From Candidatus Heimdallarchaeota archaeon (lineage in GTDB: Archaea > Asgardarchaeota > Heimdallarchaeia > Heimdallarchaeales > Kariarchaeaceae), in assembly GCA_030149205.1 (NCBI GenBank), contig JASBSB010000003.1:210001-242000 (forward strand): 32,000 bases of DNA, written 5' to 3'. Made by a program: the position numbers and the translations under genes. Below are positions 8,252 to 17,691 of the stretch, one piece after another (position 1 is the stretch's first letter; every line of letters begins with the position of its first letter). The notes beneath the pieces are model-generated. The model had not been told where the DNA came from. It did no database searches and saw only the letters and a list, made by a program, of their open reading frames with translations.

Positions 8252-10384
8252 TTATTTTTGCTCGAGAAATATTATATTAGAATCTCCGGGTATGTAATGT
8301 GCAAACTCTGATAAATCTAGAGTATATATCTTTCTAAGATCTTGTTTATCAACTAACCGCCCAAAATGTTCTTTTACCCGCTTTGCTACTTTTCCTCTAG
8401 GTGTGTCCCCTGGAATGAGCTTGACAATATGGTTACACTTATGGTTCTGAAGTGTGCTTAATGAACCCACCATCAACCGAGCCCAGTTAGGTTCTATAAT
8501 TATACCAAGATATAGCTCCAATGAAATATTTCGGATATAATGCTTTTCACCGTATACCATTATTGAACCTTGTGGCATAAATTCACCACTTGGTGCATTT
8601 AATGAGACTTGTTCAGGTTCTACCATGTAAGCATCAGCCACTACCCTTTTAGATTTCCAAGCTGATGAAAAACACACACCTAATAAAGCTGCTAGATTTA
8701 CCGTATTTTCAGAAGGAGTCTTCCCGTTCGATTTGATGATAACGAAGGGTGCACCTACAAGATCAGGGTGAATAAAAAAATCGTCCACATCAAGATATTT
8801 ACGAACTAACTGCTCATTCGTTTTTGCATCTAAACCTGCGATAATTATTGTGTTATCTTCACTAATTGTCCATCTCCATTTCTCATACCATCTCTTTCTC
8901 CTCTTGAGAAGAGTTACTTCAACTTGAACATCATTTCTTTTAGATTCAGCTGTAGTTTCAGCCTCTTTTATTTTCTCCTCAGTCAACCGAATTGCCTTAT
9001 TTGCTCCAACAGCTTTATGTTCTTGTTTTTTGGACTTCTCATACAACTCATTTGCAATTTTACTTATCTGCTTCCTGAAATCTAATCCTATAACCTTTTT
9101 TGATTTTGGAAGCTTTACATAAATCAAACCAACTGATGGTTCGATTCTCTCATACAATTTCACGGATGGAATGTTTCGATCTTTAGCAATTTGTAGTTTA
9201 TCAGTTATATCTTCCCATGAAACATTATTTTTTCTGGCGTTATATACTGTTGTTAGAAGCTCATCTATCTCTGTAAAATTTTCGTATATCTCGTTAGCTG
9301 ATTCTTTCACTTCTATTGCTGATTTTTCCATTTCTTTTTGATGGTTCAACTGTTGTTTTAATCTATTTTTAAGTCTATCAGCTTCAGTTTCTAATTGTTC
9401 TGCATCTCCGATTAACTCTGTGTGATCCTCTTGGGATGAGTAGAATACATCATAAGCTAAGTTTAGGGTTTCAACAAAAACCAAATTTGTATTTTCAATT
9501 TCTCCTTGTGGCCAAGGTAGAATCTTAATTACTTGTTCTGGGTCAAAGGGAAGTTCGTCATCAGACCATTGATCATCAAAATCAACCTCTGTATCTTCGA
9601 TTTGTTCACTCGTACTTTCATTATCCAATTCAACATCATTGGTCTCATCACTTTCAACTCCAGTATCTAAATAAACAACTGGGTTGTATTGATTTTGTGT
9701 TAACCTTGCATAGAGGTCATAAACTGCTCTTGTTAGGTATTCTTGCTCTTGACTTGTCAATTCTTCAATCTTTTTTTTAGTAATTTTTGCTTCTTTAAGA
9801 AGATATTTTGAATAGAATGGCCCAAGACCAACCCAGTTATTAAGTGCAATAACTACCTTTCCAGTTGTAGAATAAAGATGACTTATTTCATCTATCCCAT
9901 TTGTTAGGATGTTTCTACCTTGTGTAGGCATATGTTGAAATATTCTACCTGGATGAATATCTCTGTCTCTCATTTTACGGTATCTAAGAGCTACGACTAT
10001 TTTATCATTTGGAGAAATCAAAATTAAATTACCCTCACCAAATAGTTCAATTACTACCCTATATCCCTTATCTGGTCCTATATTCAACTCAATTACTCTA
10101 TCTGCTTCAACTTGTTTAAGTTCATTAATTCTCCTATCTCTTAGATGACTTCGTAACTGTTTAGTTAACTGTGGTGGTTCTGTGGGCATTTTTCTATTAA
10201 ATTTCGTAATATGAAATCTCTTACCTGGTTCTACAAGTAGAAATATTTGACCTAACTCAGGTTTTCTAAGTTTAAAGATAAAAATATTTGAGGACATCTG
10301 GTAAATATTAGTTATCCAAGCTCCTACAATTAAATTTTCAGCCTCATGAACTAAGACCCTCACATCAACACTGGTTAAACTCAT
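8252..10384 (-). CDS. rqcH: Ribosome quality-control factor RqcH/Rqc2 (NEMF, NFACT family)
   Basis: NFACT-N start MSLTSVDV...ITNIYQ...LLVEPGKRFHIT, with EADRVI (the DR motif) and ELFGEGNLIL. Central coiled coil, then WYEKWRW, IIAGLDAKTNEQLV, FFIHPDLVGAP and SSAWK (NFACT-R), and APSGEFMPQGSIMVYG. Confidence 0.92.
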   Translation of the reverse strand: MSLTSVDVRVLVHEAENLIVGAWITNIYQMSSNIFIFKLRKPELGQIFLLVEPGKRFHITKFNRKMPTEPPQLTKQLRSHLRDRRINELKQVEADRVIELNIGPDKGYRVVIELFGEGNLILISPNDKIVVALRYRKMRDRDIHPGRIFQHMPTQGRNILTNGIDEISHLYSTTGKVVIALNNWVGLGPFYSKYLLKEAKITKKKIEELTSQEQEYLTRAVYDLYARLTQNQYNPVVYLDTGVESDETNDVELDNESTSEQIEDTEVDFDDQWSDDELPFDPEQVIKILPWPQGEIENTNLVFVETLNLAYDVFYSSQEDHTELIGDAEQLETEADRLKNRLKQQLNHQKEMEKSAIEVKESANEIYENFTEIDELLTTVYNARKNNVSWEDITDKLQIAKDRNIPSVKLYERIEPSVGLIYVKLPKSKKVIGLDFRKQISKIANELYEKSKKQEHKAVGANKAIRLTEEKIKEAETTAESKRNDVQVEVTLLKRRKRWYEKWRWTISEDNTIIIAGLDAKTNEQLVRKYLDVDDFFIHPDLVGAPFVIIKSNGKTPSENTVNLAALLGVCFSSAWKSKRVVADAYMVEPEQVSLNAPSGEFMPQGSIMVYGEKHYIRNISLELYLGIIIEPNWARLMVGSLSTLQNHKCNHIVKLIPGDTPRGKVAKRVKEHFGRLVDKQDLRKIYTLDLSEFAHYIPGDSNIIFLEQK

Positions 10385-10523
10385 AAATCATCACTTTAGA
10401 GTGTCTATATCACACCTTCGATACTTAAGTGGATAGATCGCAATTACTTATTTGACAGAATGTGTTGAGAGATTAAAATATGTCTGAGTTTGAAAAAATT
10501 AATTTGTAATTGAGGCTAAAAAT

Positions 10524-11891
10524 TTATGAATCTGCGTTAACCTTCCCAGACATCATCCTAGATAGTCCTTCAACACCCTCAACAAGAACCGGATGACCAT
10601 ATACCATGTCTGCTAATTGAGACCAGCCAAGATTGTTTTCCATTGCTAAAACTATCATCTGTATGATGCTACCAGTTCTCACACCCCAGAGATGAACTCC
10701 AAGAATCTCATTAGAGCCTTTCCTTCCTATAGCTTTAAGAAAACCTGTGTAATCACCAACAATCATTGATTTTCCGAGCCATTTGTTATAAAATTTTGAA
10801 ACTATTACATCATCACCATACTTATCTCTCGCTTCTTTTTCAGTTAATCCCACTGCTGCTAACTCAGGATAAACAAAAGTCATTCTAGGCATGTTTGGGG
10901 TGCGTAACTTTTCCCAATTAGCTGTTTCTTCTCTGCTTTGTCGTAGGTTATTGAGAACCAGTCTTCCTTGGAAGGCTGCCCAGTTGGTAAACATTGGATT
11001 TCCTATCACATCACCAACTGCAAAAATATGTTTTTGTGTTGTTCTTAGGTATTCATCAACCTTAATCACTCCTCGCTCGGTTTCTACTCCAATCTTTTCC
11101 AAGTTTAAACCAGATATTCTAGGTTTACGACCAGTAGCAACAAGCAAGAAATCCCCGTAGTAATCACCTTTGTTTTCTCCTTCGTATATTGATAATTTAT
11201 ATTTTCCACCCTCAAACATTCCTTGGTCAACGGCATCAACAAACCTACCATTATATATTTTGATACCTAGGGACATCAAATGCTCTTTTATTGCATCAGC
11301 TATTTCTTCATCCTCTCCTGGGAGTAAATGTGGAAGTCCTTCAAAAATGGTAACTTCTGAACCTAAATTATGAAAAGCTTGAGACAGTTCCAAGCCTATT
11401 CTTCCACCACCGATCACAAGAATAGACTTTGGTACATGATCAATATGAAGAAGATCACTTGAAGTAGAATAGTCTACGCTGTTTAACCCTTTAATAGGTG
11501 GAATTGAGGGTTCACTACCGGTCGCTATAGCATACATATCTGAACTATATTTTTCCCCTCCAACTTCAATTGTGAATTGGTCTATGAAACTTGCTTCACC
11601 ATGAATTACTTTAACTCCAACCTTTTCTTCAACATTCCTAAGAGTGCCAGATCGGATACGTTCGACAATTTTATCTTCGAGCGCTTTAGCCGAGTCCAAA
11701 CTTGAATTGTGGAGGGCTGATTCAACAATAGCTTTAGTGGGGATACACCCAGTGTTGATGCATGTTCCCCCGAAATGATGATCTACATCTTTTTCTACAA
11801 TTGCTACCTTCCAACCAGATCTTTGTAAACCTGCTGCAAGACCTCTTCCTGAAGAACCACTCCCTATTGAAATAAAGTCAAACTTTTCCAT
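10524..11891 (-). CDS. Class I pyridine nucleotide-disulfide oxidoreductase (dihydrolipoamide dehydrogenase/glutathione reductase family)
   Basis: FAD motif IGSGSSG, redox disulfide GGTCINTGCIPTK, NAD motif IGGGRIGLE followed by an acidic IFEG, ATGRKP, AVGDV and C-terminal HPVLVE. Start taken at MEKFDF (ATG 11891); the track uses TTG 11906. Confidence 0.88.
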   Translation of the reverse strand: MEKFDFISIGSGSSGRGLAAGLQRSGWKVAIVEKDVDHHFGGTCINTGCIPTKAIVESALHNSSLDSAKALEDKIVERIRSGTLRNVEEKVGVKVIHGEASFIDQFTIEVGGEKYSSDMYAIATGSEPSIPPIKGLNSVDYSTSSDLLHIDHVPKSILVIGGGRIGLELSQAFHNLGSEVTIFEGLPHLLPGEDEEIADAIKEHLMSLGIKIYNGRFVDAVDQGMFEGGKYKLSIYEGENKGDYYGDFLLVATGRKPRISGLNLEKIGVETERGVIKVDEYLRTTQKHIFAVGDVIGNPMFTNWAAFQGRLVLNNLRQSREETANWEKLRTPNMPRMTFVYPELAAVGLTEKEARDKYGDDVIVSKFYNKWLGKSMIVGDYTGFLKAIGRKGSNEILGVHLWGVRTGSIIQMIVLAMENNLGWSQLADMVYGHPVLVEGVEGLSRMMSGKVNADS

Positions 11892-11941
11892 ACACATAGT
11901 TTCCAACCGTTTTATTAAATGTGTACCTTTTATTTCTAGAA

Positions 11942-12322
11942 CTATTGAGTTTTATCTGATTCGATAATTTCTAGTTTGGTCCGACATACAGGACAAGTGG
12001 AATTGCTCAGTAACCAACTGAATAAATGATTGTAATGAAAAGTACTCAAACAAGAGGGACAAATAATGAGGTCTTTATCAACCTTCTCCCTACAAATGTC
12101 ACAACTATGTTTCTCACCATTTGGCGCATATATTTGCTTCATTTTAATAAATGAGCTACTATCTACTCTGTGTCCACAATGGGGACAAAACTTTGATGTG
12201 GGAGATAAAGGTTTTTTGCAGGACTCACACAGTTTTTGATCCGTATTTACTGATGCACCACATTTATGGCAATATTGAGAGGAATCTCGTAAGTTTGCAC
12301 CACAATTATTACAGTTCAACAA
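11942..12322 (-). CDS. Double zinc ribbon plus C-terminal RING finger protein (putative E3 ubiquitin ligase)
   Basis: Four N-terminal CxxC pairs (CNNC, CHKC, CESC, CPHC), then CDIC-x10-CPSC-x4-H-x2-H-LFSW-x6-CPVCR with RING hallmark Trp, Pro and linchpin Arg. Confidence 0.85.
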   Translation of the reverse strand: MLNCNNCGANLRDSSQYCHKCGASVNTDQKLCESCKKPLSPTSKFCPHCGHRVDSSSFIKMKQIYAPNGEKHSCDICREKVDKDLIICPSCLSTFHYNHLFSWLLSNSTCPVCRTKLEIIESDKTQ

Positions 12323-12405
12323 AAAATTTTGTATTAAGGCTAAATAAGCATTAAGGCTATTACCTGAATTTTGAAGAGTTTAATAACCTATTGGGATTTA
12401 ATCTA

Positions 12406-13053
12406 TTATAGTGAAATTAAATATGGAATAGCTAAGCTTATTATTCCCACTGTAAACAAACCGAAGGTCATTGACATATAATTTTTACTCCTCTCTGAAA
12501 TATACTCTGTTCTAATATCCTTTAAGGGTTTTTGGAGATATTTTTGCTCTTCATTTTCAATTTCTTCGAGCTCCTCATCAGTAAACTCATTGATATCGTA
12601 GAAAGTGAACAACACCTCTTGACTTTTTAGTTCTGAGTTCATATCTTTAATTTTAACAGTGTTAGTAGTGGAACCATTAAAATCATTTAAAGTAAGTTCT
12701 ATATCTAAAATTCCGTTCTCAAGATCAAATTGTCTTAACTCTTTCTCATTGCTTAACAAGATAATTTTATCAATTTTATCATCAGTTCGAAAGACTTTGA
12801 ATGGTACTTTATTATAAAAGGTTCCTCCATCTCTAGGAGATACAATAACTAAAGGCCTCAATGGTGTATACCTTCCCGGACCTATCAACCCTCCAACGAT
12901 AAACAGTAACCCTGATGTGCTTAAGACAAAAATAGTAAATGGTGCATTTGTGTGTTTAGTGATAAGAAAATAGATTATATACTCTACCATCCAAATTAGC
13001 AAAGATATACCAGACCCTATGAAAATCCCTTGCTGGTATTTTTTGAAATCCAT
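12406..13053 (-). CDS. Hypothetical membrane protein (two N-terminal TM helices, Ig-like beta domain, acidic helix, C-terminal TM)
   Basis: Hydrophobic segments at about aa 10-31, 38-58 and 195-213. LVIVSPRDGGTF start of a beta-rich segment resembling bacterial Ig-like domains. Confidence 0.65.
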   Translation of the reverse strand: MDFKKYQQGIFIGSGISLLIWMVEYIIYFLITKHTNAPFTIFVLSTSGLLFIVGGLIGPGRYTPLRPLVIVSPRDGGTFYNKVPFKVFRTDDKIDKIILLSNEKELRQFDLENGILDIELTLNDFNGSTTNTVKIKDMNSELKSQEVLFTFYDINEFTDEELEEIENEEQKYLQKPLKDIRTEYISERSKNYMSMTFGLFTVGIISLAIPYLISL

Positions 13054-13070
13054 TTTAATCCTTTATGGTT

Positions 13071-13688
13071 TTAATCCTTTTTATTTTCGGTGTTATCAAA
13101 ATCACCAGTCAACACTCTTCTCAATCTATCCCTTTCTGCTCTATCCTTAGCCTTCTTTTCTGAGGTCAAAACAGTTATCTGATCAAAGAAATCACGTGTC
13201 TCATGTACACGATTTTTTCTTTTTTCTTCCCTTTCTTTTCTATATTCTGAATTAAATTCTCTCGAGATAACCTGTAAAATGGGCAACTTTTCCTTTCTTT
13301 CAATAGTTCGGATTAATCTCATCACATAGAAAAATTGAGAGGTTAGAGTACCTACAATAAAGAGGATAAATAACCCTGTTCCGAATACCCCCCCAAGGTT
13401 TAAACTCGACAACGCAAGCCCAAAGGTTATTAACGCTACTGAAAGGAAAATTAAAACCAGGAGAGGAATAGCTACAAATATATAAATAAGTTGTACTATT
13501 GCCTGAGTGAGAATTGGACTTCCATTGTAAAACAAAACCATCCAAATCAAAATTACTACAAATGGTAAAATTAAGACAGGAATGTACCAATATAATTTGG
13601 TTAATATTTCTTGTAGAATTGTGTCAAGAACGCTCATATAACATATTAAATATAATTTGAACCTATAAGAACTTATTGAATTATCCAA
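13071..13688 (-). CDS. Hypothetical polytopic membrane protein with charged C-terminal tail; ATG at 13637 is an alternative start
   Basis: Three to four hydrophobic helices followed by an R/K/E-rich helical tail. Co-directional with ahcY (16-nt gap). Confidence 0.65.
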   Translation of the reverse strand: MDNSISSYRFKLYLICYMSVLDTILQEILTKLYWYIPVLILPFVVILIWMVLFYNGSPILTQAIVQLIYIFVAIPLLVLIFLSVALITFGLALSSLNLGGVFGTGLFILFIVGTLTSQFFYVMRLIRTIERKEKLPILQVISREFNSEYRKEREEKRKNRVHETRDFFDQITVLTSEKKAKDRAERDRLRRVLTGDFDNTENKKD

Positions 13689-13704
13689 ATCTCAGTGATT
13701 GTAT

Positions 13705-14979
13705 CTATGTTCCTTCATCATACGCAGTAAGATAGGCTGTTTGCTCATCAGATAATCTGTCAAGCTCAATTCCCATTGAGACTAGCTTATATTCTGCAAT
13801 ATCTTTATCAATCTCATCAGGTAAAGTATATACATGGTTACCTGTCACATCGATTTTCTTTTGTGCTAATGAAACCAAAGACATTAACTGACCGGAAAAG
13901 GACATATCCATGACTTCAGATGGATGCCCTTCAGCAGCTGCTAAGTTAACTAGTCTACCTCTTGCAAGTAAATACACTTTATGACCCTCTGGTAAGACAA
14001 TTTCCTCATTGTTAGGTCTAATTTCCTTAACGGAAGTAGCATACTCTAACAAAGCATCAACCTGAATTTCAACGTCATAATGACCTGTATTGGAGAGAAT
14101 TGCACCATCCTTCATAGTCTTGATATGATCCAATGTGATAACATCCTTCATTCCAGTGGTTGTAACAAAGACATCACCAACTTTGGCTGCTGTCTCCATT
14201 TTTTGCACAACAAATCCCTCCAATGTAGCTTTTAACGCTGCAATTGGGTCTATCTCGGTTACAATTACGTTTGCTCCCATACCTTTTGCTCTGTTTGCAA
14301 CGCCTCTACCACAATGACCATATCCTGCAACCACAATGGTCTTACCTGCTAACAATATCGAAGTTGCTCGTAAAATACCATCTAGGGTGGACTGCCCAGT
14401 CCCATAGACATTGTCAAACTCCCATTTAGTTGGAGTATCGTTCACCGCGATAACGGGGTATTTTAATTTAGAATCTGCATCCATTGCCCTCAATCGATGT
14501 ACACCCGTAGTTGTCTCTTCTGTACCACCTAAAATTCCTTTTGCGAGTTCAGAATGGTTATTATGCACTCTAAAAATTAAATCTGCTCCATCGTCTAATG
14601 TCAATGTTGGTTTAAACTCAAGTGTTTTATCTATCGCCCAGTAGTAATTCTCTGTGTCCATACCATGCCATGCCCAGATTTTGATTCCATTTTTTGCCAA
14701 GGCTGCCGCTATGGTATCATTAGTTGATAGAGGATTACATCCTGACCAAGCTACTTCTGCACCAGCTGCAACTAAAGTTTCTACAAGTACTGCTGTCTCC
14801 TTGGTTACATGCAAACAACCAGCAACTCTTTGACCTTTTAATGGTTTTGTTTTTGAAAACTCGTCCCTAAGTTTCATTAAAACAGGCATTCGTGATTCTG
14901 CCCAGTCAATTCTAAGTCTACCCTCATCGGAGAGTGAAAGATCCTTAACTTTGAATGTTTCTCCTTGATCCATATTCAA
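13705..14979 (-). CDS. ahcY: S-adenosyl-L-homocysteine hydrolase
   Basis: GCLHVTKETA, GCNPLSTND, LDDGADL, EETTTGV, VNDTPTKWEFDNVYGTGQS, VAGYGHCGRG, GRLVNLAAAEGHPSEVMDMSF. Confidence 0.97.
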   Translation of the reverse strand: MNMDQGETFKVKDLSLSDEGRLRIDWAESRMPVLMKLRDEFSKTKPLKGQRVAGCLHVTKETAVLVETLVAAGAEVAWSGCNPLSTNDTIAAALAKNGIKIWAWHGMDTENYYWAIDKTLEFKPTLTLDDGADLIFRVHNNHSELAKGILGGTEETTTGVHRLRAMDADSKLKYPVIAVNDTPTKWEFDNVYGTGQSTLDGILRATSILLAGKTIVVAGYGHCGRGVANRAKGMGANVIVTEIDPIAALKATLEGFVVQKMETAAKVGDVFVTTTGMKDVITLDHIKTMKDGAILSNTGHYDVEIQVDALLEYATSVKEIRPNNEEIVLPEGHKVYLLARGRLVNLAAAEGHPSEVMDMSFSGQLMSLVSLAQKKIDVTGNHVYTLPDEIDKDIAEYKLVSMGIELDRLSDEQTAYLTAYDEGT

Positions 14980-15021
14980 ACTTCGTTTTTTATAATTTTT
15001 AATTGTTTACATACAATTCCT

Positions 15022-15765
15022 TTATTCAGCCTTCACAAAACCTAAGAACTTTCGACCCAACTCAGGATCTTTCAGAATGTTTTGGGCTTCACCATGAAAT
15101 ACGACCTTACCACTTGAAAACACGTAGGCATAATCTGACCTCGAAAGCGCTGATTTGGCATTTTGTTCAACAAGGAGCAAGGTTAAACCTAACTCCCTAA
15201 GTTCAGTTATTTTCTCTAAAATCATGTCAACATATGAGGGGCTTAAGGCTGCGGTTGGTTCGTCCAAGATCAAAAATCGAGGTCTGGTCATTAAAGCCCT
15301 CCCCAATGCTAACATCTGTCTCTGACCACCAGAAAGCTTAGATGCAAAATCATGTCTTCGAGGATACAAATCAGGAAATAATGAAAATATTTCTTCGATA
15401 TGATCATCAACGTTATCTTCCTGTAGGAATGCACCTAACTCAAGATTTTCACGGATAGTTAAATCTGGAAAGACATTATCGACCTGAGGAACATATGACA
15501 TCCCCATTTTTATCAGATCGCTAGTTTTTGAATCCATGATAGGATATCCGAAGTAGGAAATTTCTCCTGTAAAATAATTTGCTATCCCAGTTAAAACCTT
15601 TAGAAAGGTAGATTTTCCACAACCGTTAGGACCTATTATTGTAACTATTTCTTCCTTAGCAACAGAGAGGGAAATTTCATAAAGAATCTGAATTTTGCCA
15701 TATCCACCATCTAAGGAATTAACCTTCAAAATTGCTTTCTTACCAATATTCCGATCTTCTGTCAT
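15022..15765 (-). CDS. livF: Branched-chain amino acid ABC transporter ATPase LivF
   Basis: Walker A GPNGCGKS, VPQVDNVF, signature LSGGQRQ, LDEPTAAL, VEQN. Last gene of the liv cluster. Confidence 0.88.
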   Translation of the reverse strand: MTEDRNIGKKAILKVNSLDGGYGKIQILYEISLSVAKEEIVTIIGPNGCGKSTFLKVLTGIANYFTGEISYFGYPIMDSKTSDLIKMGMSYVPQVDNVFPDLTIRENLELGAFLQEDNVDDHIEEIFSLFPDLYPRRHDFASKLSGGQRQMLALGRALMTRPRFLILDEPTAALSPSYVDMILEKITELRELGLTLLLVEQNAKSALSRSDYAYVFSSGKVVFHGEAQNILKDPELGRKFLGFVKAE

Positions 15766-15767
15766 AT

Positions 15768-16535
15768 TTAGTACCCCAAATATATTTCGGCAACACCTTT
15801 ATGCTTTAGAATTTCTTCTGGTGTTCCACTTGTCAAAATTTTACCAAGATTCATAACATATACAAAGTCAATTCCTGTGCCTAAAATAAACTCTAAGTTA
15901 TGTTCAATTATAAAAATAGTAACTCCTGTAATTTTTCTTAAGTTGTCAAGCTGTTGAAATATCTTTTCGACCAGCGGTCCAGCGACACCTGCAACAGGTT
16001 CATCTAGAAGTAGAACCCGAGGATTACTCATCATCACACGAGCAATATCAACAAGTTTCGATTGCCCACCAGAGAGTTCTGATGCCTTATTAAACGCCAT
16101 ATGATCGATTTCTAAAATTTCAAGAACGTTATAGGCTTTTTCTATCAAAATGTCTTCTACTTCCTTTACACTTTTGGGAAAAACTAAGCCTCTTATTCTT
16201 GTCCCTAATTGGTTTTTAGGAGGAAGCAGGATATTTTCCATAACAGTTAAGTTTCTCCAAAGCCTAGTGTTTTGAAATGTTCGAGAGAGACCCAATAAGT
16301 TTATTTTGTCAGATGGTAGATGTGAGGCTTCCTGACCGTAAATCAACACATTTCCTCTTTGGTATGGAATTAACCCTGTTATAGCATTAAAGGTTGTAGA
16401 TTTACCACATCCATTTGGACCAATTAGACCTGTGATTGATCCAGATTTGACTTTGAAATCAATATTATTAACTGCAACTAGACCATCATAGCTCTTAAAT
16501 AAGTTGCTTATTTCCAAAGCATATTCATCATTCAT
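15768..16535 (-). CDS. livG: Branched-chain amino acid ABC transporter ATPase LivG
   Basis: GLIGPNGCGKST, RTFQNTR, LSGGQ, LLDEPVAG, IEHN and C-terminal IYLG. Start re-assigned to ATG 16535 (MNDEY), which overlaps the livM stop. Confidence 0.88.
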   Translation of the reverse strand: MNDEYALEISNLFKSYDGLVAVNNIDFKVKSGSITGLIGPNGCGKSTTFNAITGLIPYQRGNVLIYGQEASHLPSDKINLLGLSRTFQNTRLWRNLTVMENILLPPKNQLGTRIRGLVFPKSVKEVEDILIEKAYNVLEILEIDHMAFNKASELSGGQSKLVDIARVMMSNPRVLLLDEPVAGVAGPLVEKIFQQLDNLRKITGVTIFIIEHNLEFILGTGIDFVYVMNLGKILTSGTPEEILKHKGVAEIYLGY

Positions 16536-17691
16536 CCTTATCAAGCTCCTTTTGTTCTCTTTGTTGATTATTAATACCATTCATTTCAGATGATGGGATA
16601 GTTAAACTTGTATCGATAATATCTTTTAAAGGTATTTTAGCATTTAACTTTCTTTTAGGTCTATATGGTAATTCAGGAATTACACCTTTTTCAAAATATC
16701 TTGTGAAGACCAATATCACAATCCCAACAAAACTTAATTGTAAATAATTCAAATCAAGGCTAACAGAATTTTTTGCATTGAAAAAGTTTAACCAAACTCC
16801 ATTCCCAAATACAGTACCCTCAATGTTAATCAACCAAAACCTGTATATTGAATTGAAAAAATCTATGATCACTGTATAAAATGAAGTAGAATTAGCTTGA
16901 AATTGGGCAGAAACTGTTGTAACTAGATTGTTTGTCAAAACAATAATGAAGCTTCCGATTACCATCCCTTTGTTGTTTCCTCTTCCTCCCATTACGAAAG
17001 CAGCCCATACAACAAATGTGGTAGTTACAGGGTCAAGAAATTGAGAAGAAAATCCACTTAGTTCCCAAGCCCATAGAGAGCCAGCAAATGCTGCCACTCC
17101 AGCGCCTATAGCTAATGCGACAGCTTTATACTGAAAAATGTTATAACCATATGATTTTGTGACATCTTCATCCTCTCTAATTGTTCTAAGAACCCTTCCA
17201 TAAGGACTATTTCCAAGATATTCAAGCAAAATGAACAAAATTAAAAATAGGCTTAAACCAAATAGAGCTTGGAACCCAAAAAACGGTATTGTTGGAAAGT
17301 TCTGCTTCCACCAATCAGAAAATGGTATTTGATAATCTGCGATTCCAGGAACACTTATACCACTACCCTGATTGCTAGTTCTTAACCAAGGTTCAACAAC
17401 CATCATTTTTTGTAAAACTGCACCAAGAGATATTGTAACGATAGCAAAATAATCTGTTCTCAGCTTTAAAGATGGAAAGGCTAATAGATACCCAATAAAT
17501 GCAGAGATTAATACACCTAAAAACATTCCAACTATTGAATTTAATCCATACACCCTATTTAGAAGAGTAGGAACAATTGCCCCTATTGCAACAAAAAATA
17601 TGACACCAAAATTAACTAAACCTGTATATCCTGTGTGAATATTCAATGATAATGCCATAATCCCGAATATTGCAAAAAAAAATGAACACAA
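16528..17691 (-). CDS. livM: LivM-type permease moiety; the N-terminus lies in the livH frame, so this is a probable frameshifted LivH-LivM fusion
   Basis: LSLNIHTGYTGLVNFG, LKLRTDYFAIVT, SPYGRVLRTIREDE, VMGGRGNNKG. The TTG start at 17691 falls inside the first TM helix. Confidence 0.8.
   Translation of the reverse strand: MCSFFFAIFGIMALSLNIHTGYTGLVNFGVIFFVAIGAIVPTLLNRVYGLNSIVGMFLGVLISAFIGYLLAFPSLKLRTDYFAIVTISLGAVLQKMMVVEPWLRTSNQGSGISVPGIADYQIPFSDWWKQNFPTIPFFGFQALFGLSLFLILFILLEYLGNSPYGRVLRTIREDEDVTKSYGYNIFQYKAVALAIGAGVAAFAGSLWAWELSGFSSQFLDPVTTTFVVWAAFVMGGRGNNKGMVIGSFIIVLTNNLVTTVSAQFQANSTSFYTVIIDFFNSIYRFWLINIEGTVFGNGVWLNFFNAKNSVSLDLNYLQLSFVGIVILVFTRYFEKGVIPELPYRPKRKLNAKIPLKDIIDTSLTIPSSEMNGINNQQREQKELDKDE

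Noticed and set aside
10524-11906. Mercuric reductase MerA
   Set aside because: No N-terminal HMA domain, no C-terminal vicinal cysteines and no mer genes nearby.
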